A stretch of DNA of 64,000 nucleotides from Escherichia coli (GCF_009931435.1 NZ_CP043414.1), one strand, 5' to 3'; numbered from the stretch's first letter, positions 54,418 through 64,000 are shown. A program made the numbers and translations. The notes: generated by a model not told the origin, from the letters alone.

Positions 54418-56559
54418 TCAAAATTGCCGCATATCCGGCATTCCGGGGGGTAAATCTTTCGGCACAGGCGCATCCGGCACAGGTTGTGTGGCACCACAGT
54501 TCCAGTTAATCACCGGCGCATCACCGTTCACATCCGACTCCCCTTCCAGATGAATGTGCGTACCATTAAGAAATATGCTTCCGTCCTTCGTCAGCACCAG
54601 CCTTGCCTTACCACAGCAGAGTTCAAGATGCTCACCGGCAGAATAAACTGCTGTTTGTCCGGTGTTTTCCTTCATCGTCTTGCCCACCGAGAAGGTGACG
54701 TTATTCCCTACATTGACGCTGTAGCCCATTCCCACCATCAGTGATTTATGCAGCCCTACCTGTGAGGACTGCAACAACGCCACCGAGGTATTCATAATGC
54801 CGCCTACCGTCGTCTGGTAAGCCACGCCCACCGTCAGCGCACGAATGATCCCCACCTTTTCAACCTGGTTTGATCCCACTTTGATAATCTGGTTACTGCC
54901 CACCGTTTCCACCTGGTTGACACCAACCGTCTGTATCTGATTAACGCCAATGTTCTGGATCTGGTTATTGGTAACGGTGATCGCCTGGTTGTTACCTATT
55001 TTTTCGGCATGGTTGTTTATCACATCAGTGGTGCGGTTATTCAGCACCTCGGTGTTCATGTTCTTCTGCGCGTGGATGTAGACCTGTTCTTTCCCTGTCG
55101 CATCGTCAAACTTCAGTTCATTAAACCCGCTGCCCTTATAGGTTTTCGAACGAATGGTCATCTGCGTCTTTGTTCCCGGCAGGCTGCCGGGGGTGCGGTT
55201 TTCCTGGTGGTAGGTACGCCCCATAATAATCGGCTGGTCCGGATCGCCGTTGAGGAAGTCCACAATGACCTCCTGACCCACACGCGGTATCGCCAGGTTA
55301 CCAAACCCGGTGCCTGCCCACGCCTGTGCCACACGGATCCAGCATGAACTGTCCTGGTTTGACGGGTTATAACGGTCCCAGTTAAATTTCACCCGCACGC
55401 GGCCATGTTCATCACAGAAGATTTCTTCTCCTGCCGGTCCCGTCACGACGGCGCTCTGCGGGCCATCCACCAGCGGTTTCAGCAACGGCTGTGGCCGCCA
55501 TGTTCTGTCTGCCGGTATTACCGCAAAGTGGTTATTCAGCGTGGTACCTGAACCCCTGCGTCCCGGCACCGCCTGCGGCTGCTCGCCGTGCAGTTCACTT
55601 GCCACCACCTGCCATTCCCGGTTCAGGTTCGCCTGCGGATGCCCCGTCAGCGCAATTCGCCGTCCCGGCCATATCTCCGGAGAACGGCTTGTTCCGCGCG
55701 CCACTTCTGCGTTGTTTCGCCAGCCATCCATCTGCCAGCGGGCAAAGTTCTGCCCGTGGGCACCCTTGAAACGTCCGGGGTAGTCATACACTTCATACTG
55801 TGTGCGCTGGTAATCCTGGTACTGGCCTTCCTGATCAAAACGCCCTGCCCAGCCGGGTCGTTTAAAGGTGTAGTCCTTGGTCACCACGGAAGAAGGGCGG
55901 ATTTGTGCGCTGTAGCGGAACTGGCTGATGCATAGGGTGCTCACCTCGGTACGGGTGTTCGGATTCCAGGGGATCTCAAAGGACTCCGGCAGATAACGCA
56001 CGGTGTCGCACAGGACCAGGCTCTGGTCGGTACTTTTTTGCGCGTGCTCCTCATAAAAGAAGATGCCTTCCTCCGCCGCCATCCGGCACAGGAAATCGTA
56101 ATCGGTTTCGCCGTACTGGACACAAAACTCACGGGAAGGATGCGGCTCGCTGAACAGCGGACTCCACTCGGTCACCCCGTTTTCTTTCAGGATCGTCGCG
56201 AGTATGCTTTCGATGTCCTCATTCTGGAAGATACGGAAGTTCTGGCGCAGCCCTGTGCGCCACAGCGGTGGGCATACCTTCATGCTGTACAGCATCTGGT
56301 TTTTGTCGTTCTCCCCCAGTTCAAACCAGGTCACCACACCTTTCACCCGGCGCTGTACGTCATCGCCCTGCCATATCGTCAGGTAGGCCATTTTGTCCAG
56401 CACCTGCGCAAATTCAAGGGAGAGAAACTGCTGGCTGACCAGAGAGAGATCGAGGGAAAAGAGCGAAGAGAGTGACTGGTTCAGATGAAAGGAGACCACC
56501 GCAAACGCGTCCGGTGGCAGGCCGTCCACTTCCAGCGTGAAACGTAATCCGGTTGACAT
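54418..56559 (-). CDS. vgrG: VgrG (TssI) spike protein
   Basis: 713 aa; gp27/gp5-like region and C-terminal beta-helix repeats (VGVNQVETVGSNQIIKVGSNQVEKVG); no large C-terminal effector extension. Confidence 0.9.
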   Translation of the reverse strand: MSTGLRFTLEVDGLPPDAFAVVSFHLNQSLSSLFSLDLSLVSQQFLSLEFAQVLDKMAYLTIWQGDDVQRRVKGVVTWFELGENDKNQMLYSMKVCPPLWRTGLRQNFRIFQNEDIESILATILKENGVTEWSPLFSEPHPSREFCVQYGETDYDFLCRMAAEEGIFFYEEHAQKSTDQSLVLCDTVRYLPESFEIPWNPNTRTEVSTLCISQFRYSAQIRPSSVVTKDYTFKRPGWAGRFDQEGQYQDYQRTQYEVYDYPGRFKGAHGQNFARWQMDGWRNNAEVARGTSRSPEIWPGRRIALTGHPQANLNREWQVVASELHGEQPQAVPGRRGSGTTLNNHFAVIPADRTWRPQPLLKPLVDGPQSAVVTGPAGEEIFCDEHGRVRVKFNWDRYNPSNQDSSCWIRVAQAWAGTGFGNLAIPRVGQEVIVDFLNGDPDQPIIMGRTYHQENRTPGSLPGTKTQMTIRSKTYKGSGFNELKFDDATGKEQVYIHAQKNMNTEVLNNRTTDVINNHAEKIGNNQAITVTNNQIQNIGVNQIQTVGVNQVETVGSNQIIKVGSNQVEKVGIIRALTVGVAYQTTVGGIMNTSVALLQSSQVGLHKSLMVGMGYSVNVGNNVTFSVGKTMKENTGQTAVYSAGEHLELCCGKARLVLTKDGSIFLNGTHIHLEGESDVNGDAPVINWNCGATQPVPDAPVPKDLPPGMPDMRQF

Positions 56560-56768
56560 AGCAACCTCCGGGTTTAAGGAAAAACAGACAGTTCGCTGTT
56601 AAAGCGGCTGTAACAGTACAGTGTTACGCTTGCGTTCAGGCACGCTACCGCCGAAGTTTCCGGCATCCGCCATCTCCCGTGAACGTAACCCCTTACTGAC
56701 AACCTTTCTTTTTACGGCGTAATACAAAAACAGCATCCGGCCTGATAGCCGGATGCTGTTGGCTTAAC

Positions 56769-57287
56769 TTATGCTTCCAGCGGTGCGCGCCAGTCGTCGG
56801 CACCGGAGGTGCCAGATTTGACGTGTTCCCACTCAATCTTGCGGTAGGCCAGTGAAACTTCGAGCAACTGGGTGAACTCGCGTTTCGCCGGGTCCTGGCA
56901 ATGCGGCATATGCAGTTTCATATCGACAATCGTCGAATCAGTCAGGCGGGTGGTGAAATAATGCTCCTGTTTGCCTTCCACAGATGTACGCCACCAGTGC
57001 AGTTCAGTGGTTGGCAGCATTTCACCGGAGGCCAGTGCGTTGTACATCAGCGGAACCGCTTTGTTCAGCGCCACGGTAAAAATGAACGGCTTGTGAGCAC
57101 GCTGACCCGCAGGCTGACCGGACTGAGGATCGGTCGGGACAGTAACGTTATGCAGGAATTCCTGCACCAGCATCTCGTCTTCGTGCCCCTGCACATAGAT
57201 GTTGCCGACAGAATCAGCGGTAAATGCACCTGCAGTAATATTTCCCTGGGTCTGACCAGTGATGGAGATATAACACGGTGTTGGCAT
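56769..57287 (-). CDS. hcp: Hcp (TssD) tube protein
   Basis: 172 aa, Hcp1-family sequence (MPTPCYISITGQTQGNITAGAFTADSVGNIYVQGHEDEMLVQEF...); directly upstream of vgrG. Confidence 0.85.
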   Translation of the reverse strand: MPTPCYISITGQTQGNITAGAFTADSVGNIYVQGHEDEMLVQEFLHNVTVPTDPQSGQPAGQRAHKPFIFTVALNKAVPLMYNALASGEMLPTTELHWWRTSVEGKQEHYFTTRLTDSTIVDMKLHMPHCQDPAKREFTQLLEVSLAYRKIEWEHVKSGTSGADDWRAPLEA

Positions 57288-57583
57288 TTGTAAACTCCTT
57301 GTTAACGTGGTTAATTACTACTTACAATGACCTGCCGTTAATCCCAGACAGGCAGATGCAGCTCACTTCACGGAACCGCATCATTTTTCAGTATTTTTTA
57401 CATACAAACCGAGCTAGAATTTACGGTTGTCGTAAAAACTATTTTTAAAATCATTAAATCTCTTATTCAGCAATAACTTAATAATATATATCTGGATAAC
57501 TATACCCAACTGTTCAAAGTCCGTATTGCCTCCATAAAATGGCCAAAGCTGAATCATGAATAAATATTGTATTTATCCTTTCT

Positions 57584-57605
57584 GAATTATCATTTTGATA
57601 ATTTT
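57584..57605. promoter_or_regulatory. Candidate Fur-box-like site in the divergent T6SS promoter region
   Basis: GAATTATCATTTTGATAATTTT contains inverted ATTATC/GATAAT hexamers; in AT-rich 700-bp region between hcp and tssB. Weak call. Confidence 0.25.
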
Positions 57606-57982
57606 TGAGATATTCCTTAAAAATACCCACTTACTCAATCACAAAACAAATATATAAACAAGCAATCATTAGATTAGCTTATGTTTAATGAAATTATTAT
57701 ATACTTCAATAAGATACATAAAAACTCTATATTTAAATTATTGCCATAATACACCTGACGCGAATTGCACAGGTTCACACAATCTATTTAACGCTTGCAG
57801 AATACCCCTCTTTACGATCGATAAAAAGTCCTTTTCTTATTTATTTTGAAGCGTAAAATGCGGGGTGATGAAGGAGTGGTGATTTTATTTTCACCGCCAT
57901 CAAGGCGGCATTTCCGATATTTTTTGCGGTACAAATATGCTGTGTTCATGGCCTGTACGAGATAACATGACGGATCACTTTT

Positions 57983-58483
57983 ATGAGCAAAAAATTTGAA
58001 GGCAGCGTCGCGCCTCGCGAGCGTATTAATATATCGTATGTCCCAAAAACAGATGGCCAGACGGCTGAAGTGGAACTTCCGCTTAACATGCTCGTTGTCG
58101 GCGATACCGGAAATACGCAGGAAACATCCTCACTGGATGAACGTCAGGCAGTTTCCGTTAACAAGCACAATTTCGGTGCAGTGATGGCTGAAGCAGCCAT
58201 TGGCCTCAATTTTACCGTCCCCGCCACGCTGAAGGGAAGCACAACGGACGATGAACTGAATGTGGCGCTGAATATCAAGTCACTGGATGATTTTTCACCA
58301 GATAGCGTGGCCCGGCAGGTTCCGGAAGTGAATAAATTGCTGGAATTACGTGAAGCACTGACTGCACTGAAGGGGCCGATGGGTAACCTTCCGGCATTCC
58401 GTACCCAGCTCCAGGCATTGCTGGAAAATGAAGAGTCCCGCGAGCAGTTGCTCAAAGAAATCGGCCAGGTGAGCAATAAATAA
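57983..58483 (+). CDS. tssB: TssB (VipA) sheath small subunit
   Basis: 166 aa recognised as TssB (MSKKFEGSVAPRERINISYVPKTDGQTAEVELPLNMLVVGD...). Confidence 0.85.
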   Translation: MSKKFEGSVAPRERINISYVPKTDGQTAEVELPLNMLVVGDTGNTQETSSLDERQAVSVNKHNFGAVMAEAAIGLNFTVPATLKGSTTDDELNVALNIKSLDDFSPDSVARQVPEVNKLLELREALTALKGPMGNLPAFRTQLQALLENEESREQLLKEIGQVSNK

Positions 58484-58517
58484 CCACCACTATTTCATTA
58501 AACAGGGTTATCCAGGC

Positions 58518-58742
58518 ATGACGGCACACAAAAATATCTCCGGGACATACCACCTCTCTGTTGCAGACATTCTGCAGGTGGTTTACCAGGTATGTTTCAG
58601 CCCGTCCGTTGAAATCAACCAGGATGGTGTGGCTGCGCTGATTACAACACTGGATCGCCGTATCAGTGATCTATTGGATGAGATTATCCATTTTTGTGAG
58701 TTTCAGCAGAGCGCGTCGCACTGGCAGCGCGTACTTCACTGA
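58518..58742 (+). CDS. Hypothetical 74-aa protein resembling a TssC N-terminal segment
   Basis: ORF between tssB and tssC; C-terminal half (LITTLDRRISDLLDEIIHFCEFQQSASHWQRV) aligns with TssC residues IADIDERISRQMDVIIHAPAFQQVESFWRSL; similarity is protein-level only. Confidence 0.3.
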   Translation: MTAHKNISGTYHLSVADILQVVYQVCFSPSVEINQDGVAALITTLDRRISDLLDEIIHFCEFQQSASHWQRVLH

Positions 58743-58792
58743 CGGCGAAAAGCCGGTTTCAGAAACACAGCTAAAACAGAAGGATTTTCAGT

Positions 58793-60268
58793 ATGTCTTT
58801 ACAGGAAGAGGAACTCGTTTCCAGTCATGCCGGGCAGCCTGAGCAGGCATCGTCGCTGCTTGATCAAATCATGGCACAGACCCGTATTCAGCCCGGTTCG
58901 GAAGGTTATGACGTTGCCCGCCAGGGTGTGACAGCCTTTATTGCCAGCATCCTGCAATCCACTGCATCTGCCGAACCGGTCAATAAACTGGCCGTGGACA
59001 GCATGATTGCAGATATTGATGAACGCATCAGCCGCCAGATGGATGTCATCATCCATGCGCCTGCCTTTCAGCAGGTCGAGTCGTTCTGGCGCTCACTGAA
59101 AACCATGGTGGATCGCGTTGATTTCCGTGAAAACATCAAGGTCAACGTGCTTCATGTCACCAAGCAGGAACTTCTGGAAGACTTTGAGTTTGCGCCAGAA
59201 ATTATTCAGTCCGGATTTTATAAGCACGTTTATTCGTCCGGTTTCGGACAGTTTGGCGGTGAACCCATCGCTGCCGTGCTGGGCGCTTATGAGTTCAAAA
59301 ATACCGCGCCTGACATGAAACTGCTGCAATACGTCAGTGCCGTGGGCGCAATGGCGCACGCACCGTTCCTGTCCTCCGTTTCCCCGGAGTTTATGGGGCT
59401 GAACTCGTGGACCGAACTGCCTAATATCAAAGATCTTTATGCCATCTTTGAAGGTCCGGCCTACACCAAATGGCGCGCCCTGCGTGACTCGGAAGATTCG
59501 CGCTATTTAGGGCTTACGGCACCCCGCTTCCTGCTTCGCCAGCCCTATTCACCAACAGATAACCCTGTTAAGAACTTTAACTATTACGAAGATGTCAGCC
59601 AGAACCACGAAGATTATCTGTGGGGTAATACGGCCTGGATGCTGGCATGCAATATCGCAGACAGTTTTGCCAAATACCGCTGGTGTCCAAACATTATCGG
59701 TCCGCAAAGCGGCGGCGCAGTGAAAGATCTGCCGGTGCATCTGTTCGAAACGATGGGGCAGATTCAGGCCAAAATCCCAACCGAGGTGCTGGTCACCGAT
59801 CGCCGCGAATTTGAACTGGCTGAAGAGGGTTTTATCACCCTTACCATGCGTAAAGACTCTGATAATGCAGCCTTTTTCTCTGCAAACTCGGTACAAAAAC
59901 CGAAGCACTTTCCGGGAAAAGATGCAGAAACCAACTATAAGCTGGGTACGCAGCTTCCTTATCTCTTCATCATCAATCGGTTAGCGCACTACATCAAGGT
60001 GTTGCAGCGTGAACAACTGGGGTCATGGAAAGAAAGGAGCGACTTAGAAAGAGAGCTTAATACCTGGATCCGTCAGTATGTTGCCGACCAGGAAAACCCG
60101 CCTGCAGACGTGCGCAGCCGCAAACCTCTGCGCGCTGCCAAAGTTGAGGTTATGGATGTAGAAGGCGAACCCGGCTGGTACCAGGTTGCGCTAAGCGTGA
60201 GACCTCATTTTAAATTTATGGGGGCAAATTTTGAGCTTTCCCTGGTTGGCCGGTTAGACAGGGAGTAA
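58793..60268 (+). CDS. tssC: TssC (VipB) sheath large subunit
   Basis: 491 aa recognised as TssC. Confidence 0.9.
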   Translation: MSLQEEELVSSHAGQPEQASSLLDQIMAQTRIQPGSEGYDVARQGVTAFIASILQSTASAEPVNKLAVDSMIADIDERISRQMDVIIHAPAFQQVESFWRSLKTMVDRVDFRENIKVNVLHVTKQELLEDFEFAPEIIQSGFYKHVYSSGFGQFGGEPIAAVLGAYEFKNTAPDMKLLQYVSAVGAMAHAPFLSSVSPEFMGLNSWTELPNIKDLYAIFEGPAYTKWRALRDSEDSRYLGLTAPRFLLRQPYSPTDNPVKNFNYYEDVSQNHEDYLWGNTAWMLACNIADSFAKYRWCPNIIGPQSGGAVKDLPVHLFETMGQIQAKIPTEVLVTDRREFELAEEGFITLTMRKDSDNAAFFSANSVQKPKHFPGKDAETNYKLGTQLPYLFIINRLAHYIKVLQREQLGSWKERSDLERELNTWIRQYVADQENPPADVRSRKPLRAAKVEVMDVEGEPGWYQVALSVRPHFKFMGANFELSLVGRLDRE

Positions 60269-60274
60269 CACACC

Positions 60275-60688
60275 ATGATACCGGATCGGGAAAGAACCAC
60301 AGGTTCTCTTTTTGAGCGTATGGAAGCCTCTTCGGCCAGAAACCGGCAGGGAGGCAGTATTCATTCGCTCAGGCAATCCATTCGCCAGAACCTACGAAAC
60401 ATTCTTAATACCCGGTCCGGTAGTTGCCGGGGTGCGCCTGAGCTGGGCATTGATGAACCGGAAGGGGCTGAAAACTTCCGCGAATCCATGAGTCGGGCCA
60501 TCGAGCAATGTATAGAACGCTATGAACCCCGGATCTCACACGCTGAAGTGCAGGCAGTGGTTTCATCCGCCTCCAGCCCGCTGGATATGACGTTTCATAT
60601 TACAGCCTGGGTGACATTTAACGAAACGCATGAGGTGCTTGAATTTGATATGGCACCGAATGGCAGCCAGCATTACCGGGTGGACTGA
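60275..60688 (+). CDS. tssE: TssE (gp25-like baseplate protein)
   Basis: 137 aa, GSLFERM-type N-terminus; GGGAG SD; position after tssC. Confidence 0.75.
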   Translation: MIPDRERTTGSLFERMEASSARNRQGGSIHSLRQSIRQNLRNILNTRSGSCRGAPELGIDEPEGAENFRESMSRAIEQCIERYEPRISHAEVQAVVSSASSPLDMTFHITAWVTFNETHEVLEFDMAPNGSQHYRVD

Positions 60689-60691
60689 CAG

Positions 60692-62542
60692 ATGGAATTT
60701 GAAGAACGCTATTTCCGGGAAGAACTCGATTACCTGCGCCAGCTCAGCAAGCTGCTGGCAACGGAAAAACCCCATCTGGCCCGCTTCCTGGCCGAAAAAG
60801 ATGCGGATCCGGATATTGAACGCCTGCTGGAAGGCGTGGCTTTTCTTACCGGCAATCTCCGTCAAAAAATTGAGGATGAATTCCCAGAACTGACGCACGG
60901 GCTTATCAAGATGCTGTGGCCTAATTACCTGCGTCCGGTTCCGGCAATGACCCTTATTGAATATACGCCGGATATGGATAAGTCTTCTGTGCCGGTGTTA
61001 ATCCCCCGTAATGAGCAGTTTACAACCAACGCCGGGGAAATCAGAGTCGATGAAGTGCTGCCCTCCGATGCTAAAAAGGAGGAGCCGCCTCCCTGTACCT
61101 TCACCCTCTGCCGGGATATCTGGCTGCTGCCCGTTCGCCTGGAGCAGATTGAAAACCGCAGTACGACCCGTAATGGTGTTATCAACATCACCTTTTCGGT
61201 CGCACCGGGAACGGACTTCCGCACGCTGGATCTGAACAAACTTCGCTTCTGGCTCGGCAATGACGACAACTATACCCGTGACCAGCTTTATTTATGGTTC
61301 TGTGAATACTTGCAGGGTGCCGACCTGACTGTGGGTGAACAGCATATTCGCCTGCCTGAGTTTATACTGAAAGCTGTCGGTTTTGAGCCGCAGGATGCCA
61401 TGCTGCCCTGGCCGAAAAACGTCCACAGCGGCTACCGGATCCTTCAGGAGTATTTCTGTTACCCGGATGCGTTTCTCTTTTTTGATCTTTGTGGTTGCCC
61501 GGCGTTACCTGACGGATTGCAGGCTGAATCCTTTACCCTGCAACTGCGTTTTTCGCGCCCATTGCCCGTGGACATCCGGTTGCGCCGCGACTCCCTGCGC
61601 CTGTATTGCGCGCCTGCCATTAATTTATTTATCCACCATGCAGAAGCCATCACGCTGGACAACCGGCGGGCAGACTATCCGCTGGTTCCCAGCCGCCATT
61701 ATCCGAAACATTACGATGTCTTTTCCGTTAACGGCGTGATAAGCCAGGTGCAGGATATGTTCAGGAAAAAAGATCTGGGGCGTCCTGTTTCGACGCAGGC
61801 CGCGCGCCAGTGGCCTGCCTTTGAAAGTTTCAGCCATCAGATGGAATACAGCCGGAAGCGGGAAGTGGTGTACTGGCATCACCGGACCAAAACATCCCTG
61901 TTCCATCGCGGCTTTGATCATACCCTTGCTTTTATACATGCTGATGGCAGTTATCCGTCAGACGAATCGCTGCTCAGTAATGAAGTGGTTTCGGTATCGC
62001 TGACCTGTACCAACCGTGAGCTTCCGTCACAAATTCGTTCCGGCGATATCACCGGCACAACCGGTAAAAATGCGGCTGTTGCTTCATTTCGCAACATTAC
62101 CCGCCCGACGCAACCACTCTGGCCGGTCATTGATGGCAGCCTGCACTGGTCCCTACTCTCCGCCATGAACCTGAATTATCTGTCATTACTAGATACGGAC
62201 GCGCTGAAGCAGGTCATCGCCAACTTTGATCGCCACGCAATCCATCATCCGCAGACGGCGCGGCTGTCACAACAAAAGCTGGATGCCATTGAGCGTCTGG
62301 AGACCCGCCCCGTTGATCGCCTGTTTACGGGTATTCCCGTCCGGGGGCTGGCCTCCACGCTGTATCTGCACCCGGAGCCGTTTGTCTGTGAAGGGGAAAT
62401 GTATCTGCTCGGTACGGTGCTTTCGCATTTTCTGTCGCTGTACGCCAGCGTTAACTCATTCCACATGCTGACCGTTGTGAACACAGAAAGCCAGGAGACA
62501 TGGAAATGGACGGAAAGAACCGGGCAGCATCCTCTTATCTGA
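60692..62542 (+). CDS. tssF: TssF baseplate protein
   Basis: 616 aa; size, sequence and operon position consistent with TssF. Confidence 0.8.
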   Translation: MEFEERYFREELDYLRQLSKLLATEKPHLARFLAEKDADPDIERLLEGVAFLTGNLRQKIEDEFPELTHGLIKMLWPNYLRPVPAMTLIEYTPDMDKSSVPVLIPRNEQFTTNAGEIRVDEVLPSDAKKEEPPPCTFTLCRDIWLLPVRLEQIENRSTTRNGVINITFSVAPGTDFRTLDLNKLRFWLGNDDNYTRDQLYLWFCEYLQGADLTVGEQHIRLPEFILKAVGFEPQDAMLPWPKNVHSGYRILQEYFCYPDAFLFFDLCGCPALPDGLQAESFTLQLRFSRPLPVDIRLRRDSLRLYCAPAINLFIHHAEAITLDNRRADYPLVPSRHYPKHYDVFSVNGVISQVQDMFRKKDLGRPVSTQAARQWPAFESFSHQMEYSRKREVVYWHHRTKTSLFHRGFDHTLAFIHADGSYPSDESLLSNEVVSVSLTCTNRELPSQIRSGDITGTTGKNAAVASFRNITRPTQPLWPVIDGSLHWSLLSAMNLNYLSLLDTDALKQVIANFDRHAIHHPQTARLSQQKLDAIERLETRPVDRLFTGIPVRGLASTLYLHPEPFVCEGEMYLLGTVLSHFLSLYASVNSFHMLTVVNTESQETWKWTERTGQHPLI

Positions 62543-63588
62543 GTCCGGGACATCCCCCGGCAGATAAAGAGCAGAATGATCCGCTGGCACAGGTTTTCCA
62601 TAACGCCTGCTCTTACAATTTTTTTGCGATGGCGGAGCTGTTGCACCGCCTGGCACAGGGTGAAAAGGGGACACCGGAATTATCCCTGCGCGATGATCCG
62701 GCACAGGAAACCCTGCGTTTCAGCGCCGATGCCAGCCTTGCCTTCCCGTGCAGTGATATCAGTGGGCTGAAACGGGATAAGTCAGGGGCATTCAGGATGA
62801 CCACCACCTTTATGGGGTTACAGGGGAGCCAGTCGCCTCTTCCCGGTTATTACCTGGATCACCTGGCCTGGAAAGCGGTACATGAACAAAGTCCGGTAGG
62901 CGATTTTCTGGATATGTTCAGCCACCGCCTGACCCAGTTTGTCTGGCATATCTGGCGTAAGTACCGCTATCACATCAGTTTTCGTAACGGCGGTGTGGAT
63001 GCGTTCTCGCAGCGCATGTACTCCCTTGTCGGGCTGGGCCACCGCCAGCTTCGCGATAAGCTGGCGATTAATCACAGCAAAATGCTGGCGTATTCCGGGA
63101 TCCTGGCAAATCCGGGACGATCCCCGGAAATCATCTGCGGCCTGGTGTCCCACTGTTTTGACTTGTCAGACGTGACGCTGCAAAACTGGCAACGTCGCAA
63201 GGTGGATATTGAACCGGATCAGCAAAACAGCCTGGGGAGCTATTCCCTTAAAAATGGCGAAAAACTGGCCGGAAGATCGGTACTGGGCAACTTTGTTCTG
63301 GGTACACGGGTGCCCGATCTCAGCGGAAAATTCCAGCTCAGTATTACCAGCCTGACCCGAAAACAGTTCCTCTCTTTTCTGCCGTCCGGCGAAAACTTCC
63401 TGCCACTGACGATGTTTGTGTCCTTCATCCTGCGCGATCAGCTTGCCTGGGACTTACATCTGGGGCTGGCACCGGAGCAGGTGGGCGCAATGCGCCTGGG
63501 CGATAACAAAAGTGCGCTGCTGGGCTGGACCAGCTTCCTCGGCACACCGGAAGAACGACCCTCAGTCACCATCAGGGTACGGTCGTAA
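62506..63588 (+). CDS. tssG: TssG baseplate protein
   Basis: Track ORF starts at 62500; second ATG at 62506 has better AGGAG spacing; about 360 aa; overlaps the tssF 3' end by about 37 nt. Confidence 0.75.
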   Translation: MDGKNRAASSYLSPGHPPADKEQNDPLAQVFHNACSYNFFAMAELLHRLAQGEKGTPELSLRDDPAQETLRFSADASLAFPCSDISGLKRDKSGAFRMTTTFMGLQGSQSPLPGYYLDHLAWKAVHEQSPVGDFLDMFSHRLTQFVWHIWRKYRYHISFRNGGVDAFSQRMYSLVGLGHRQLRDKLAINHSKMLAYSGILANPGRSPEIICGLVSHCFDLSDVTLQNWQRRKVDIEPDQQNSLGSYSLKNGEKLAGRSVLGNFVLGTRVPDLSGKFQLSITSLTRKQFLSFLPSGENFLPLTMFVSFILRDQLAWDLHLGLAPEQVGAMRLGDNKSALLGWTSFLGTPEERPSVTIRVRS

Positions 63589-63612
63589 ATTATGATAATC
63601 ACGGAGCAGAAT

Positions 63613-64000
63613 ATGCCGGAAGAGAAACTACAGACGCTTTCATTGCAGGTCATTAACGGCAGTGAGCTGGAAAGCGGGCGGGCGGCGCGCTGTCTGTTCA
63701 CGCAGCAGGGAAATGTCGGCCATGGCCCCGAATGCCACTGGTCGGTACAGGATCGTCAGCAGAGCATTCCGGCTCAGGCCTTTACCGTTATACTGCACGA
63801 TGGCACATTTTGTCTGCGCCCGCAGACGGCACAACTGTGGCTGAACCAGGCAAAAGTCACAGCAACATCAGACCTGATACAGCTGCGCCAGGGCGATGAG
63901 ATCCAGATAGGGCGTCTGATGGTGAGGGTTCATCTGAACCGGGGTGATATCCCCCATTACGATGAGGAAATGGCCACTCCCGAAACCATCGTCACCAATC
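63613..64000 (+). CDS. FHA-domain T6SS protein (TagH/Fha-like), 5' part only
   Basis: ORF starting at ATG 63613 (GGAG SD), running off the window; FHA-like pattern (…GRAARCLF…HDGTFCLRPQT…LRQGDEIQIGRLMVRV). Confidence 0.45.
   Translation, partial: MPEEKLQTLSLQVINGSELESGRAARCLFTQQGNVGHGPECHWSVQDRQQSIPAQAFTVILHDGTFCLRPQTAQLWLNQAKVTATSDLIQLRQGDEIQIGRLMVRVHLNRGDIPHYDEEMATPETIVTN

Overview
The window reads as an Escherichia coli chromosomal segment, identified by recognising the encoded proteins from memory (no database search was possible). Gene content and order match the K-12 ecp-pao-thrW-proBA-phoE-crl-frsA-gpt-pepD-dinB-yafL-gmhA-fadE-ivy-yafV region in reverse orientation. Left to right: the 3' end of ecpA and ecpBCDE; ykgJ and yagU; paoABCD; a roughly 6.5 kb segment (MFS transporter, Cys-type hydrolase, two LysR regulators, SDR reductase, a small DUF1471-like gene) leading to an intact tRNA-Thr (thrW) with no prophage; proBA, phoE, crl, frsA, gpt, pepD; an intact rtcB-like/prfH pair; dinB-yafP without yafNO; the Flag-2 deletion scar (lafU and lfhA fragments); a HicAB-like pair; yafL, dinJ-yafQ, yafK, yafJ, REP cluster, gmhA, fadE, ivy, yafV. 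From about 42 kb the window is accessory DNA: an ISAs1-family transposase, then a type VI secretion locus with hcp, vgrG and two tandem PAAR-Rhs toxin genes, each followed by its own small putative immunity gene, with a PstS-like lipoprotein between the modules and an orphan Rhs 5' fragment; divergently, tssB, a small TssC-N-terminus-like ORF, tssC, tssE, tssF, tssG and a partial FHA-domain gene. The two Rhs C-terminal toxin domains (one HExxH metallopeptidase-like, one His/Cys hydrolase-like) are the most likely undescribed biology here. CDS coordinates follow the supplied ORF track, with starts moved in frame where the known protein is shorter; hand-counted sites (tRNA, boxes, terminators, repeat boundaries) may be off by 1-2 nt.
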